From NCBI RefSeq assembly GCF_009914755.1, contig NC_060939.1: 64,000 nucleotides of DNA; one strand, given 5' to 3'. Positions 26,600 to 43,125 of this stretch are shown here, in pieces; the first letter of the stretch is position 1, and every line of letters begins with the position of its first letter. Under the pieces are notes generated by a model. It made no database searches. It worked only from the letters and a program-made list of their open reading frames with translations, and was not told the origin of the DNA. This stretch comes from the human T2T-CHM13v2.0 reference genome, Homo sapiens. The position numbers and the translations under genes were made by a program.

Positions 26600-27372
26600 T
26601 TATTATGGTAAAATATACATAAAATAAATATTACCATCTTAACCATTTTTAAGTGTACAGTTCAATGGCATTAAGTATCACACATTCACCTTGTTGCACA
26701 ACTATCAGTACCGTTCAACTCCAGAACTTTTTCATCTTTCTAAACTGAAACTCTGTGCTCATTAAACACTAATCCTCATTCCCCCTCCTGTCAGCCCCTG
26801 GAAACCACCCTTCTACTTTCTGTCCCTGAATCTGACTACTCTGGGTACCTCTTATAAGTGGAATCGTGCAGCATTTCCCTTTTGTGACCAGCTTATTTCA
26901 CTGAGCATTCTGTCCTCAAGGCTCCCCCATGTTGTGGCACGTGTTAGAATGTTCTTCCTCTTCAAGGCTGATTAATACTCCCTTGTATGCGTACACCACA
27001 TCTTCTTTATTCGCTGAGTTGATGGACACGTAGGTTGCTTCCACTTTTTGGCTGTTGTGAATAATGCTGCTATAAACATGGATGTGCAAATATCTGCTTG
27101 AATCTCTACCTTAAATTCATTTGGGTACATATCCAGAAGCGGAATTGCTGAATCATATGGTAATTCTGTGTTTTTTGTTTTTGTTTTTTTTGTTTGTTTG
27201 TTTGTTTTTTGAGGAACTGCCACACTGTTTTCTACAGTGATTTTACCATTTAATATTCCCACCAGTGGAACAAGTGTTTAAGTTTTCCCCATCCCCACCA
27301 ATACTTGCTATTTTCTTTCCTTTTTTTTTTTAAACAAAAAATACAATAGCTGTCCTAACGGGTATGAAGTAG
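26600..27372 (-). mobile_element. L1MB-like 3' end
   Basis: TTAACCATTTTTAAGTGTACAGTTCA and GCTGTTGTGAATAATGCTGCTATAAACATGG. The minus ORF 26972-27262 resembles the L1 ORF2 C-terminus (ELPYDSAIPLL, MFIAALFT). Confidence 0.88.
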
Positions 27373-27951
27373 TACTTAGAGATTCTTAATACTGTACTCA
27401 AGTTATTTCTCAATCGAATTTCAGCCACTTTCTCTAATTTGGGTCTGGAGAGAGAGTCCCTGACAGCAGCTGGCATCTGGGAAACACTTACTCAGTGGTG
27501 GACATTCTAAACCAGCTGACTGTTCACTGCAAACAAGACTTGACCCGACAGATGGCCTGTATGTTCTGTGGGCCTGTAGAGAAGAATCACCACTCAAAAC
27601 TCACATCTCACTGCCTCCCACCCAACCCACTCGCCGGCCTTTTGCTTTCCAAATGGAGGCATCTGACAGGCCTCATGGTGGATACCCCTCTGTGCACCAG
27701 GGATCTCCAGGTGCCCAGGTGATGATGGTTGATGGAAAGAACGTCTTGCTTTGCTTGAGTGTGAGACATTTTGACATTGCCATTTTGATCTTCCCTAAAA
27801 GCCAATATTACACCTTTTGAGGAGATACCCTCTTCCTGCCCACAGCCTCACACAACCTCCCACATCCTCTGCTGTGGAATGGGGCTAAGGGTGGTGGAAA
27901 ATACAGGGACAGGGTGGGCACGCCACGTCAAATAAAAAAGCATGTCATGGG

Positions 27952-28270
<319 letters not shown>

Positions 28271-29973
28271 TAGAATCTATTCCTTGTATCTAGCTGTAAT
28301 TCCGTATCTGTTAACTCATGTCTCACTATCCTACCTCTTCTCATCCTTTAGTAACCGCTATCCATTTCTATGATATGCACCTTTTTATCTCCCACATGTG
28401 AGAACATGCAGTATTGACCTGTCTGTGCCTGGCTTATTTCACTTAACATAATGTCCTCAAGGCTCATCCATATTCCTAGGAGCAGTTTTCTAAGAATCTC
28501 TCACTTTACACAAGATGCGATGGCCCTGGCTCCATCACAAGCAGGAGAGAGACACACAAGTTTCTAACTATGGAGTAAGAAACTCTTCTATGATAACAGG
28601 TGGACCCTGAAGGCTGGCATGACCCCAGCCTAGAGGGACAAACTGCCTCTGACGGTCAAACTCACTCTGCACAGGCTTGCCGAGAACTTGAGTGTTCCTC
28701 TGTGGGAATGAGAGAATGTGCCCAGCCCAAGTCTTTCCTCTGACATTGGGTGTATCCTTCACACGGCTAGTCTGCTGGTTTGGTAGTTAGCCAGATGGAA
28801 ACGACCTGAAACTAAGTCTGAGTCATCTGTCTCACTCATCTTTGAATCCATTCATTCGTTTGCTCCATCACTCATTCATCATAGAAATAATTATGGAACA
28901 TTCTGTGTGTACCAGGCACTGCTCTTGGCACTTGGGATACTGAAGTAAACAAAACAAAGACAAAGATAACCCCCTAACTTCATGGCAGGGCAAAGACAAG
29001 GACCAAGGAGCATCTGTGTAAAAGTGAATTGGAGAGTTTATCTGAAGAGGGTGGCAGGCATGGAGGAAAGAGAAAAGCTTGAGCCTAGTAGAACAGGTGG
29101 GGTGATCATGAGTGTTCCGCAGGGTGCAGGGGCCTCACAGAGCATGGAGGAGCAGGACCTGCAGCTCCCTAGTGTGGAGTGTGCCCCTCCATATGCAGGA
29201 GGTCACGGAGATCTGGCCCCCTTTGCTGGGAGCAAATGTCGGACTGTGAGTGCAGTCCCAGGGAAGTCAGTGCAGGGGTTGGGGGTGGTGGTGGGGAGAG
29301 ACAATTGCATCTGGACACATTTTGAAGCTGAACTAAGAAGATTTCAGAAAGGATTGGGTGGGGTCAGAGATGGGGACAGTAGGGGAGGAATGGGGTAGGG
29401 GTTGACTTGGGGTGTGGGCCTGTGAGCTCAGGAGGTGTCTGTGTGGAATGGAAAGGTGATTTCTCACTTCGCCCAGGCCATGTGTGGTACCACGTCCGAA
29501 TGTCTGCACACTTCAGATTCAACTGGACCCCTTTGGGTGTACCCAGAGCTTATTTGCTGCTGTGATCTTTACAGTTCCCTTTCATATTGGGCTCAGATAT
29601 GTTGAATGTATCCGACTAACTGAGAATTTGAACGAACAAAAAAGATGATGGGACCAGATAGGCAATTACTGCTGGAAAATCATGACCTTCCCAACTTCAG
29701 TGTTCTCTGCCCCAGAGGCAGGTTTTCATTTTAATGTGAAACTTCAGCTACTGTCTTGGAGGGGGTGGACTTTTCATCTTCCAGATCTGGGGAGGAAGGT
29801 TATATTGAGCATTATGGAAGCCGCTTCAGATGCAGATTTTAGGAAGACCCAAGAGAAGAAAATAGGACTCTATGACATCACTTCCATATGGAAGGGAGCT
29901 TGGAACAGATTTCCTAGTGCACAGTAGTCTTGAGAGAAGTCACCATGCTGTCTTCCTCGTTCCCACTTGCTCT

Positions 29974-30177
29974 GCCAGGAGTGATGCCCAAAATACTCCT
30001 TCTCGATTGACACTACAAATATATCCCTCTCTCCCAAGAAGCTCATCATGGCTCTGAAGTTCCCAGTTCATGAAAGCCAGGAGTGATGCCCAAAATACTC
30101 CTTCTCGATTGACACTACAAATATATCCCTCTCTCCCAAGAAGCTCATCATGGCTCTGAAGTTCCCAGTTCATGAAA
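29974..30177. repeat. Perfect tandem duplication, 2 x 102 bp
   Basis: 29974-30075 is identical to 30076-30177. Confidence 0.97.
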
Positions 30178-30196
30178 TTAAAATTTATCACTATAG

Positions 30197-30494
<298 letters not shown>

Positions 30495-31189
30495 TATCCC
30501 TGTGGTTTTTAAGGCTGTATCAAATGGCTCCATTTTACCTCTCTGGGCACATTTTACACACAAATGACAAACATAATCATAATCAGCAACATAATAAGAA
30601 GTCTGTAATTCTTTGTTATTTTATGTATTTGTTCGTTCAGAAAATATTAAGCACCTACTGTGCGTAGGGCACTGTTTTAGTAGCTGGGAATACAATGGTG
30701 GATCTAACTCCAGTCTTCATGGGACTTATAATCCAGAAAAGGATCCCAATAAGAGAAGAATCTCCATCCGGTAGAGTGTTGGGTGGTCCAGATGAGACAC
30801 ACTCAGAGATGGCAGAGATGATGTCTTACAGGGACTGACCATGGGCTTGAGGCCCCAATGAGGAGTCAGCCCAACAGTCTCTGGATCATCCCGCAGACAC
30901 TCAGGGTCCAGGACACTAGCAAGACCCCAAGTGAGGCCAGGCCAGCAGGTAAACAGGGTCTAGAGCCCATGAAGCATGATGGTGAGAACAGAAAACAGGT
31001 GCCTGCCGTGGGCTGACGCCCTGCACCCAAATGTCTGCTGAGGGATGGTGCTGGTCCAGGGCTTCCTGACCAAGGGAGGTCCATACACCTGGGTGGGAAA
31101 AAAATATTTATTGCCACTAATCTCTAACCAAAAGTTAGCATTTCTTTCAGTTATAAATGTGCATAATAAACGACTGTTACAGTACTGGG

Positions 31190-31370
31190 AGGCAATGTTT
31201 GACAGATTCAGCAAATAAAAAATACAGGATGCCTAAATAAATTTCAGATAAACAAAATTTTTTAGTATATCTCACGCAATATTTGACACATACTTACACT
31301 ACAAAAGTTATTCATTGTTTACCTGAAATTTAAATTTAACTGGTGTCCTGTATTGTATCTGGCAACCCTC
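31190..31370. mobile_element. MER3/MER33-like DNA transposon remnant
   Basis: CAGATTCAGCAAATAAAAATACAGGA...TCCTGTATTGTATCTGGCAACCCT, with inverted ends. Confidence 0.7.
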
Positions 31371-33462
31371 TGTCCTGGGGACTCTGTCCCCAACAGCAAT
31401 CAGCTATTTCCATTCACATTATGCTTGTTGCAATTATCCTGACACACATGTGTGCTCACTATTCCAAAATTGCAGCAGCTATGAAACCAGCTTCCAGATT
31501 ATTTAATGCATTAATGATGCACATATGTTGTCATATAGCAAGTTGGTTTTTTAAAACTTATTTTGCTGTTTCAGTGTCATTGGTTTTCTCTGTCACCTGA
31601 TATAGTTAATTTCATGCACTTAGAAGCATGAGTGTGAGGAGTCCATGGTCTTCTGCAGACGACCTTGGGGATCCACGGCATGAAGACAGGGAAAACTCCA
31701 GCAGTGCAGTACCCGTCACCCCTTCTCCATGAGCACAGGCCTGACGGCATCCCCCACGTGCCCCCGAGGCCACACTCCCTGTGCAGTATGCTGGCCCTGG
31801 GGGAAGGCTGCCGGATCCTGTGCGGGCCCTGAGAGCCCACATGTTGACAGCCCTGATGTCGGCAGTCAAGGTAGCAGGAGCCTCGCAGCCTGTACACGTG
31901 GATGACAGTCCTAGCACACCTTCCAGTGGGTCCAGGAGCCCCCACCGCCCCAATCCTTGCAAAACCTTCCCCTCACAGAGCCAAGGTTCGTCTTAAAGGC
32001 TGGGCAGGGTGAGGAGACTTGGGGATGAGAGCAAGGAGAAGCAGCCCTACTGAGGAGCAGCCCGAAGAGTTGCTTGGAGGGGACGGGATAAACATTAAAT
32101 TGTTCCTGCTACCCAGTGGGTGAGAGCAGACGGGCAGGAAGGGCAGATGATTCTAGAGAAAATCCACCACATTTGCTGGTCCCAGTTTTGTCCTCATGGT
32201 GCATACCACTGTGTTTATCTCTGTGTATGTCTGGAGCCCTGGGGCAAACCCGTCCCTCCCTCCCTCCCTCCCTCCCTCATCCCTCCTTTCTTCCTTCCCT
32301 CCCACACAACTCCACTATGCTAAGCCCCTTCTTGTTACTTTGCTTTGGGTCCAAGCCCAGTGCCTTCTCCTGATGCCAAGATCACATTCTCACCCACTCT
32401 GGTTTAGCTCCCCCCACCCCAGCCTGCCCTCCCTTCCTCCCCCACCAATGCCAGCCTCTGCCCCATGTGGCCCCTTCGCAGCGCTTGTTGACACACCTGA
32501 CACAAAGCTCGTGTCTCCAGTAACGCACCAAACGTACCCAGGACAGGGCCCAAGTGTGAAGCCGTGAGCGCACTGAGGGTGCTGCAGGGGCACCCAGGCC
32601 TGGCACAGGCGTGCTTCTCAGTGCACATTTGTTGAATGCGTGAATGAATGGATGAGTGAATTGAATTAAACAGTAGGTGCCACATGAACCCTGATTTAGA
32701 AATAACATGGGGCCCACAGGAATTACCTTTAAAGTGTTTATTTTAATTTATCTCCAAAGGCCAGGATTTGAGAAAGACAATCGGTATGTCTATGCACAAA
32801 TGGAATTCATATTTTTGACTTACATGTGGAAATTCCTGTTTGCAGAACCTTTCCTCCACCAAGATCCTAGAATGTAGTCAGGAAGACTCATGCACCAGCC
32901 TGCCTGGGCTCTAGTCCCAGCTGCACCGCTACTGCCATGTGACCTGAGCACGTTAATTACCCTTTCTGGGACTTGATGTTTCCCATCTGCACATTGGGTG
33001 AAATTAGAATAAATTTTACAGGCTTTTGTGAGGGCTGAGGCGGTCCATCTGCATAAATCACTTTGATGGATGTCTGCCTCATCATGAGAGACACGTCAGG
33101 CAGGCGCTTGGAGGGTGCTGGTTCATTTGGTTTTGAAATGTGTGGGTGTCACATCACATTAGGTGGCCGATCTAATGGCCCTAAGGGAAGGACCTGAATT
33201 CCTATCCCAGCCTCCCCACACCGCAGTCAGCTGACTCCAAAGCATAGGGATGCAGGCAGAGATGAAACCGTGTATAAAATACATTTATTTAGATCCAAGA
33301 ATACGGTTAGCATCCAGCTGCTCCTCCCTCCACCTAACTGTGTAAGAACCAAGCTGCCACACAGAGAAACCTTGGTGCTTCTGCTTCGAGAGAACCAAGT
33401 TCATATCATCTCCATCTTAAACACTTTTGTTAAAGCCGCATACCGAGCACACGTATAGCCAT

Positions 33463-33464
<2 letters not shown>

Positions 33465-33508
<44 letters not shown>
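33465..33508. repeat. Perfect (TG)22 microsatellite
   Basis: Visible directly. Confidence 0.97.
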
Positions 33509-33511
<3 letters not shown>

Positions 33512-35434
33512 GTGGCATTTGGTAAAGCCCTCTCAGAGGTTACTTACATGCACCTTCAGCCTGTGGGCACTCACTCACCATCACTTTGCTAGACTGTGCT
33601 TTACACTGTGCTATGCTTAATAAGAGCACATGGAAACAGCTTTTTAAAAAAGGTGATTATATGTAACTACATATATATGTGCATTTAGGAAAACATGGGA
33701 CAGTTGTCTTGGAGACAACATCCTCATTTAAAGAGACCACTCTTAGCCCTGGGCTGGGGTCTCTGCATTTGATTCCCACCCCTGGCTGGATTTGGGAATC
33801 CCTGTCAGGGCTGGGGGAGGGAACGAGGGAACCACCAGAGGGAGGGGACATGTGATCCTGGTTCCTTGTGCAGGATCCCCAGCAGGGAGGCTGCAGACAG
33901 CAGCAGCCGCAGCCCCACGTGGCCAGCCCCCGTGAGAAATCCAGGCTGAAAATAGCCTAGAGCCTCACACTCTACAGCTCAGGGAGGCACGATTTTTCCT
34001 GTAGGGTTCAGAGCAGCGTTAGGAGAGCACTGATGAAATTGCGGCACACCAGAAGCATTGGCTTATTCTTATATGTCACTGGAATACACCGCAGGCTTGC
34101 TTTTCCTTTAACTCCAGTGCCTTCTGATAAATCTGGAATGTGCATTGAGGAATGCCGGGGCGGGGGGGCATTTCCTGGGTTCGGGGGCTGTGAAGACCTC
34201 TCCCCAAGCCCCTGCAGAGACCAGGCTTTGTGTACACAGCCTCTTCCAGCAGGAGGGCTCCCAGTCTCTGAATGTGTCACGTACACTTCCTTTCAAGGGA
34301 TCACTATGCGGCTGCATGCTTAGGTGTAGCCGAGAATTGAGCTCCTTCTTCACACAGAGGAATATCGTATTACCTTTCTTTTTTCAAAAAACAATGTATA
34401 TTATCTTCAGCAATAAAACTGCATGGTTTGCTCTCAGGGCATGATTCAAGAACAGACCAAATAAAAGGGGCCTTGGAGGATCTTTAAAAAATTCCAGTTT
34501 TAGTGTATAGACCTAATGGAACCTCCTTTTATTGAATCTATTTATAAACGCTCAATCCAATTGCGTGGATTTGGAAAGCTAACATTTTCAACACGAGACA
34601 GCTGGTGGAATGTGTGCTCTTAGTTCTAAGAATAGGTAAATCCCAAGGAATATAGCTGTGCTTCCTGTTGTGAGATGGTGCAGATGTTCTAATAGCAAAG
34701 ATCAAAATGACATTTGCCAGTTATGAAAATCATCCTCAATTAACCGTGAAAAATACTGTCTCGTCTATCAGATAATTTCTCCCTCTCTCTCCTCTCTCAT
34801 TTCTTGTATGGGATTTTTGAGATGGAAACTCCCCATCTTAGTGGGAAGGGAGGGGATAAGGGGCAGAGAAATAAGAAGCGAGTATAAAGTATACAAGATG
34901 CTATCATGAGGCAGTAATTCCTGCAAAGGAAATACAGTGTGTGTACAGCAGAAGTGTCTGGCTTAGGGTTGGGGAAGGTGTCCCAGTTTATGTCTGCAGA
35001 GGCCGGCCGGGTGCCCCAGGGGAGCTGTCCTGCCCAGCGTGGCTCTTCTGATGGCTTCCGAGCCCCTGGCTGTCAGCCCCCAGTTTTCTCTGAGAGAAAG
35101 TGGGAGCTAAAAATAGCAGAATGACTTTCACTGGACCTCCACATCCACGTGTTTCCTGCATCTCCGGCCATAACTCAGGACAGAGATTTATGGCCACCTG
35201 GGTTCCAACAAGTTACTCAGGGTTTCCCAGTCAGAGCAGACACATTTGCTGTCATGTTGATTTTACAAGGAGATGAACTTTCAGAGGCTCTGAAAGTGAA
35301 GGGTGATGAGGCAAGCCCTGCCACCAAGCAGGCTCAGGCTGGAGGCTCTGGAAGCCTCTCTGAGCTCTGTCTCGGAATCGAGTGCTTTGAAAATATTTTG
35401 ATCTAAAATTGTATTCCCTAAGGTGCTCTTGCCT

Positions 35435-36545
<1,111 letters not shown>

Positions 36546-39436
36546 ACTATCCTTGTTATGAGATTTTATATGAATGATTACCAAAACAATGGAAAAAACT
36601 CTTGTAAGATATGTTTGGTGGTTGTTTTCGAGGGTAGACCGAGGGTAAGGGAAATCATGGTGCCTGGGAGGGAGAAGGGGTCCTAGGGCAAGACGAGGTG
36701 TGCGGAGGGTTACTAGTTTAAGGACTAACCTGTAGTCACTGCTCCTGAGACACTTGTACGGATGTGTGCACGGCCACATCCCAAGCGTAACATCCTGGGG
36801 TGGGACGAGGAGAAGGAGGGTCACAGGGGCAAGGGCCAATGAGCAGGGCCAGTGAGCAGCATGCAAAACCATACCCAGGGCCCCTCAGGGGCTCTGAGGG
36901 CTGCAGGGTGGGCTGCCACTCCAGTGGTCAGCCGTCAGGATGAACTGGAATCTCATTCCAACGTGGAGGGTGGGTTTTACAGGAGCAGCCCACTCCGGTT
37001 GAGCGAGGTAGCTCAGGCAAAACCTGCTGGACTCCCCCTATGCGCTGGGCAGGGGCGGAGGAGGCCCCTGCTACCCACTGTCATGGACACTCCTTGGCAG
37101 AAATTTCAAACAAGCGTCGAGGAGAGGTGGGGCTTCCTGGGTGTCGGTCTTATACAACTGCTGCTCCCGTGCAGCAGCCAATGGCTTTCAGCTACATCAG
37201 CTGCAAAAGAGGTACATTTCTGTCAGAACTGTCCTCATTCTGCAATTTGCTCTCTTCAGTTTCAAACTACTCTAATGTGTCCTCACATGTGTGGCCACAC
37301 ACATAGGACTTTCACAAGCATGAACTGGACCCGACAGCTGGGGGACGACGTTGCCCTTCCAAGTGACGGAGATGTCACTCTGCAGTGGGCCGGGCTTCCA
37401 GAGTAGAGCGTTCTGAAGGACTCACCCTTCGTCACTGTCACCCAGAGAAGGCCTTGCATGCCCTTTCTTGTCTGCTTTGGCTCATTTTTGAGACTGCCAT
37501 GCCCAGAAGTCCTGAGAACAACAAACTATTTTTTTTTCTTTGCATTTAAAGAAGGGAGGGGATGGCAATGCTTCTCTCTGGGAGTCTTTGGTGAAATCCA
37601 CAATTTCCACTGGGCTTCTTAGCCCTGTCTTGGCAGCCTGGCTGGGCTGCCTCAGTGCCCCACCTGTCCAGAGCTGTCCTGCGTGTGCAGGTGCCGAGGG
37701 AGACAGCTGTGAGTGTGTAGCAGTGATGGGCATTCACCTAGTGGATATTTCCCGGCTCCAGCTGTGCTGTGTTTGGGCCACGGAGTGTGATGGGAGACAA
37801 GGAGGTTGCGTGTCCCTGGACAGTTACCGCTGTTACACTGATGAAAAGAACGTGATGGCAAGCCTTGGTGTGTGTCCCCAGCCTGGGACGCTCTCCATCA
37901 AAGTGCATGTGGGCATGAGTTGCATGGTGCCCTGACGCCCCTGCAGGGTTGGAGGGCAAAGAAGAAGCTCACCCAGGTCCCCTCAGGCTTGCTGGGTGAT
38001 GAGGCAGAGCCACCCATGCACCGTGGGGTCAGGGCTCTGGAAGTGTTTTCCAAACAGAATAACCATGGCAGCCTCTTGTACCCCAAAGGCCTGAGAGTGA
38101 GTCTTCATCACAGGCCTTGAGCTTGGACAAAGGAGATTCAGGATGAGAAAGACGCTTGGCACTACCTGTCTACACACCTCTGCTGTCTTCCCAGCGTAGG
38201 GACTGCTGTTGATAATAAATGACTGGTTAACTCAGACGGCCCAGCTAGTCAGGATCCCCTTCTTTGTTTTATTTAGTGATTGTGTCCCTGGCCAGGCCTC
38301 TTTAAAATTCACGGCTTCGGGAATAATAAATAAATAAAAAGAAACTTCACAGCTTCATTCTGAAGGCATAGATGGGTCAGCCCTGGCTGTCCAGAACATT
38401 TTTGCATTTCTCTCTGGATTATTTGCTGGACAGCTGGTCTGTCTTACATTATTTATTATTTTTTTGTCATTTAACTTTGAGATGCAAAGTTAACATCTGT
38501 AAAACTAAAAAGATAGCCTTTTCTAAAATAATTAAATTATGAGCTAGGAAATACCACTTTCTGCAGTAAAGCACGAATCTGCCTGTGGCATTAGAGAAGG
38601 CAGCTGTGCTGAAAGCTGGAAGGGAAATGGGAGGACAGCCCGGGGCCTGGGGCCTCCCCAGTCTCACCTGGGTTGCTGTCGCCCTCCAGCCAGAGAGGCT
38701 GGGAAAAGGTGAAAAGCAGACAGGTTTGCAGTTCAGGGAACAACCTGGGCTTTGTGTGCCATTTTAAACAAGAACTGAGGATGCTGAAAATTCCTCATTA
38801 GGAAGAAAACCTTAAGAGCCGGCCGAAGTCTGCCCTGGCTGGATGGCTGTGGGTGTGCGCACGCTGCTCGGGGAATTTTGGAAGCCGCGGATGGTCTCCC
38901 GGCAAAGTTGGAGGCACATCGTGTACTGGTTGGGCCTGAGCCTGGGCCTGGCTCAGAAGGTGTTGGTTTGTGCCATCCCAAGTCTGAGCCATGTCGTACA
39001 CTTTCCAGCGAAGGCCTCCAGCTGTGGTTTGATTAATGAGGACCAGAGAACAGCAGTACCATTCTAAGCGTCCTGTAAGCACTCTTGTCACTTCTGTTGT
39101 TCCAAAACACTTGCCCCAGGTTAGGTATAAACTAAGGTCAAGTAGTTCGAAAGTATTTTAGTGCTTTTAAATACAAACATGAGAAGGGATTCATTCAGTA
39201 AGACACCAGGTTGACGTTGTGTGAGAACAGGCTAGGTTGAGATAAAAAAGGAGTTGCAACAGGAAGATCCTCTGGGTGGGGATCTCAGGGCCCGTGTAAC
39301 AGCAGCCACACCACTGAGAGGCCCTGGAGATGGCTTCCCTTCTGAGTGAGATGAACCCCAGGGGCTGGGAGGGAGGGAGCAACCAGGCTGTCTTCCCCAG
39401 AGCTTGCTCAGACCACCAAAGGCCATCATTTCATTA

Positions 39437-40050
<614 letters not shown>

Positions 40051-42496
40051 TCAGGGAGCCGGGACCCTCTCTGTGCTCACTCCTCTCCCAGGTCTCTCTC
40101 CCTGCTCCTCTCTGCACTTTGCACCTCTCCCCGCGCCTCCCTGGCCTTGCTTGGCTTGGGCCACTTCCATGTGCAGGGGAGAAGCTCTGCTTGTAGTTAC
40201 ATCCAAGCACTTGCAGCCATGCACACTTACAGCTGGGGCCTGCATTTTCTAGTCACAAATAAGGACATTGCCTATGTCTCTCTAACTCCTACACCCACTT
40301 TTTCTCTATCTATTCTATAAATGACTGAAAGACAGTCTGGGTATATTTGTGATTTGTCTATTTCTCCTTTTTGTAAATTTGAGTTTCACGTATTTTAAAG
40401 CTCTGGTTATTAGGAGTACATCACTTGGGCGATTCTCATGTCCTGAGAAGGCCTTTTTATCATTTTCAGGTCCCTCTTTATGGCCTGAAGTCTATGTTGT
40501 CTGATATTAATATAATTATGTCTCCTTTCTTTTACATATTGTTTATATATTAAATCCTTTTGCATCCTTTTACTTTCAACCCACTATCTTTATACTTCAC
40601 ATGCCTTCTTTTGAAGAATGCATGTCTTGTCATATTAGCCAGAGATTACAGAAAATATTAAATCATAATGGGTTACTGCAAGCAATTGTCCTTTACCTCT
40701 GATTATCACAGGAATGCCTTCAGTGTTTCAGGATTACCACTCATTCTTTGATTCTTCAAACATTTTCTCAGCACATTCAAACTGCTAGGTTCTGTGCAAG
40801 GTGCCAGGGATCCAAAGTGAAGAGGACATAGTATCTGACCTCCGAGAACTTAGAATTAATTGATTTTGACTTTGAGCTGGGCACACTGTACAATGTCAAA
40901 TGACTAACCCAGCTATTTTGTTACCAAGCCTCAGGAAGCCAGCCTTCCTACTTATTTTAGATTTGTTATTAGGATTTGGTAACCTATTTCACCTACTGCT
41001 TTTTTGAGATAATCATGAAGTTCGCCCCCATATTATGTTCATTTTGACACCAAACTTAGTTGCTTGCCATAGATTGTTATTGTGGATTTCCATAATACTC
41101 CCCATCCTAAAGAGCAGCTGTCAATGCCATTTACAACATGTATTTCTCTAAACTGGCTGTGGGATGCATATTCCTGAAGCCAGCGCCAAGGTCATTCCGT
41201 TTCCCAAGAGCAAGCATCTACTCTCCAGAGGAGAAAGACATCCTCTGGAAAGAAGGTAGGTTGTCTGTGCAAGGATCATCTGGAAGCTGGGAATCTGGAA
41301 CTCTCAGATACGCAGGTAAATATGCGTCTAGTCCTTGTACTTGGTGCTCGCAACCATTACCTTAATTCAGGGAGCAGTGTCACCTTCCAAAGGAGATTCT
41401 TTTCCTATGCGTTGTTCCAAGAACAGAGGAGGTGGCATCAGGCTGGGCAGGGTTGGGACGGCTGTCACCTTCGGTCCGAAATCACTGGCTGAAGCCCCCA
41501 CCACCCCTTTGTCTCCCCATTTAACAGGGCATAGAGATTCTTCTGACGTCCACTCATGCAGCAGCTCAGGTGTTCTAAGGGAAGTGGACCTCTCCTCCCA
41601 GCTCCAGCTGGGAGTCCCAGTCAGCACGTTCCCCTCCATTTGCCAGTGAATGGTTCTGAGGATGTTGTGCAAGCTATGCAGGGTGAGGCTGAGGAAACCA
41701 GGACTCTGTTTGGAATGTGGAGAGAGGGGCCCTCTGTGTCTTCTGAATAGTGATGCATGGATAAGTCCTGGGGGTGACTCCAGCCAAGCATCCCCGTGAA
41801 CAGAGGCAGACTCAGGACAAAGCTGTCCCTGAAAGCTGGGAGAAAAGCCCAGGTCCGAGTTGCTGAGTCCAGGCACCCTCTCTTGGGACCTACACTGAGC
41901 CTGTGCCTGTTTTTCTGCTTGACTGGAATGAGGTGCATTTTCTGTGACTTGCGATGGCCCACACTCATGGCTCATTGCAGAATGAGCCATGCTTTCCTGA
42001 TACGCCATGCTGAGGAATTTCCTTGTCCTCAGATCCTATGCCCTCTCTGCATTGCTGTCCTCGAAGACAGCATCCAAAGAGGCCCTAGGTCCCTCCCACA
42101 CAGCAGGGAGTACACCCTTCACAGCCCCGGTGCCGAGCAGAGCCAGCAACTAAGAACTGTTTGACAAAGTAGAAAGAAGGGCTCAGAAGATGACATGCCA
42201 TATCATTGCCTTGGGTTGTTATCATTTCCTGCCCTTCCTTTTCTAGTTTTAGAGGGACAGAACTAATGGCTCATTACAAAAATGCCTGAAGACCGCTGAG
42301 CTCCTTGGCACGTGGTGCTGATGGCCTGGTGCAGGGTGCCATGGTGGCCGGCTGTGCAGCAGCTTTGGTATGTGCCATGCAGCTGTTTTCTTCATAGCCT
42401 CTAAAAGGACTTGCCTTACGGAAGTGCCCTCAGATCATACTCTGTGAGGTCAGGTATTAATCATTTCATACACCAGTGGTAACTGGACACACTGTC

Positions 42497-43125
42497 TTTG
42501 CAAAGTGAAAGTTGTTTATTGCTTGTTACGATTTAACAGGCAAAATACGACACCAGGGATGTAATACCTACAAGGCGGTCTTCCTGAAATGCCTGCCCGG
42601 AACAGAATGCTGGGATGCACTCAACTGTGAATTTTTCTTGAGGTCTTCCTTTCCTTCATCTGGATGAAGTGGAGCCCAGCCCTCCTGTGTCAGTGAGACT
42701 GGAAGCCTCTGGGGGCCATGTGCTCTGCCCTCTGCCATCTCTGCTCATTGTTCCCCCATGTTCACACCTGCCTGCATTAACCATGAGCAGTCACACATTT
42801 GTACTCAGTGCGCAGTCACACATGTTGAAGAAAACAAATCGTACTGCTTGTTCTTAAAAATGAGATGAAAAAATAAATCTAAACACACTTTTCAAGTGTT
42901 ACTCTTCTTTAAACTTTTATATATGTTAAGGCTCTTCTTTTTCTTTTCAATATACTCTACTTAGAATTTTAAAAAATAAACTTTCTTTTTTGGTACCTCT
43001 TGTTTCCTGTATTAGCCTGGGAAACATTTAGAAATACATCTCCCTAGAACTCTTCTGTGCAAATAATAAACATAAATAATATTAACATTTATTTATATAT
43101 ATTAAAAAAGGCCATTTCAAGGTTT
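42497..43125 (-). other. ATP10A: ATP10A 3' UTR (end approximate)
   Basis: Lies between the stop codon (43126-43128) and just beyond the minus-strand AATAAA at 42515-42520. Confidence 0.8.
42515..42520 (-). terminator. ATP10A: Polyadenylation signal AATAAA of ATP10A
   Basis: TTTATT on the plus strand ~610 nt past the stop, with GU-containing sequence downstream on the minus strand. Confidence 0.75.

Noticed and set aside
36852-37406. 184-aa plus-strand ORF
   Set aside because: Non-ATG start call, no domain, and typical of chance ORFs in GC-rich DNA.
41367-42008. 213-aa ORF on the ATP10A strand past the poly(A) signal, a possible alternative last exon
   Set aside because: No P-type ATPase similarity and no splice junction I can support.
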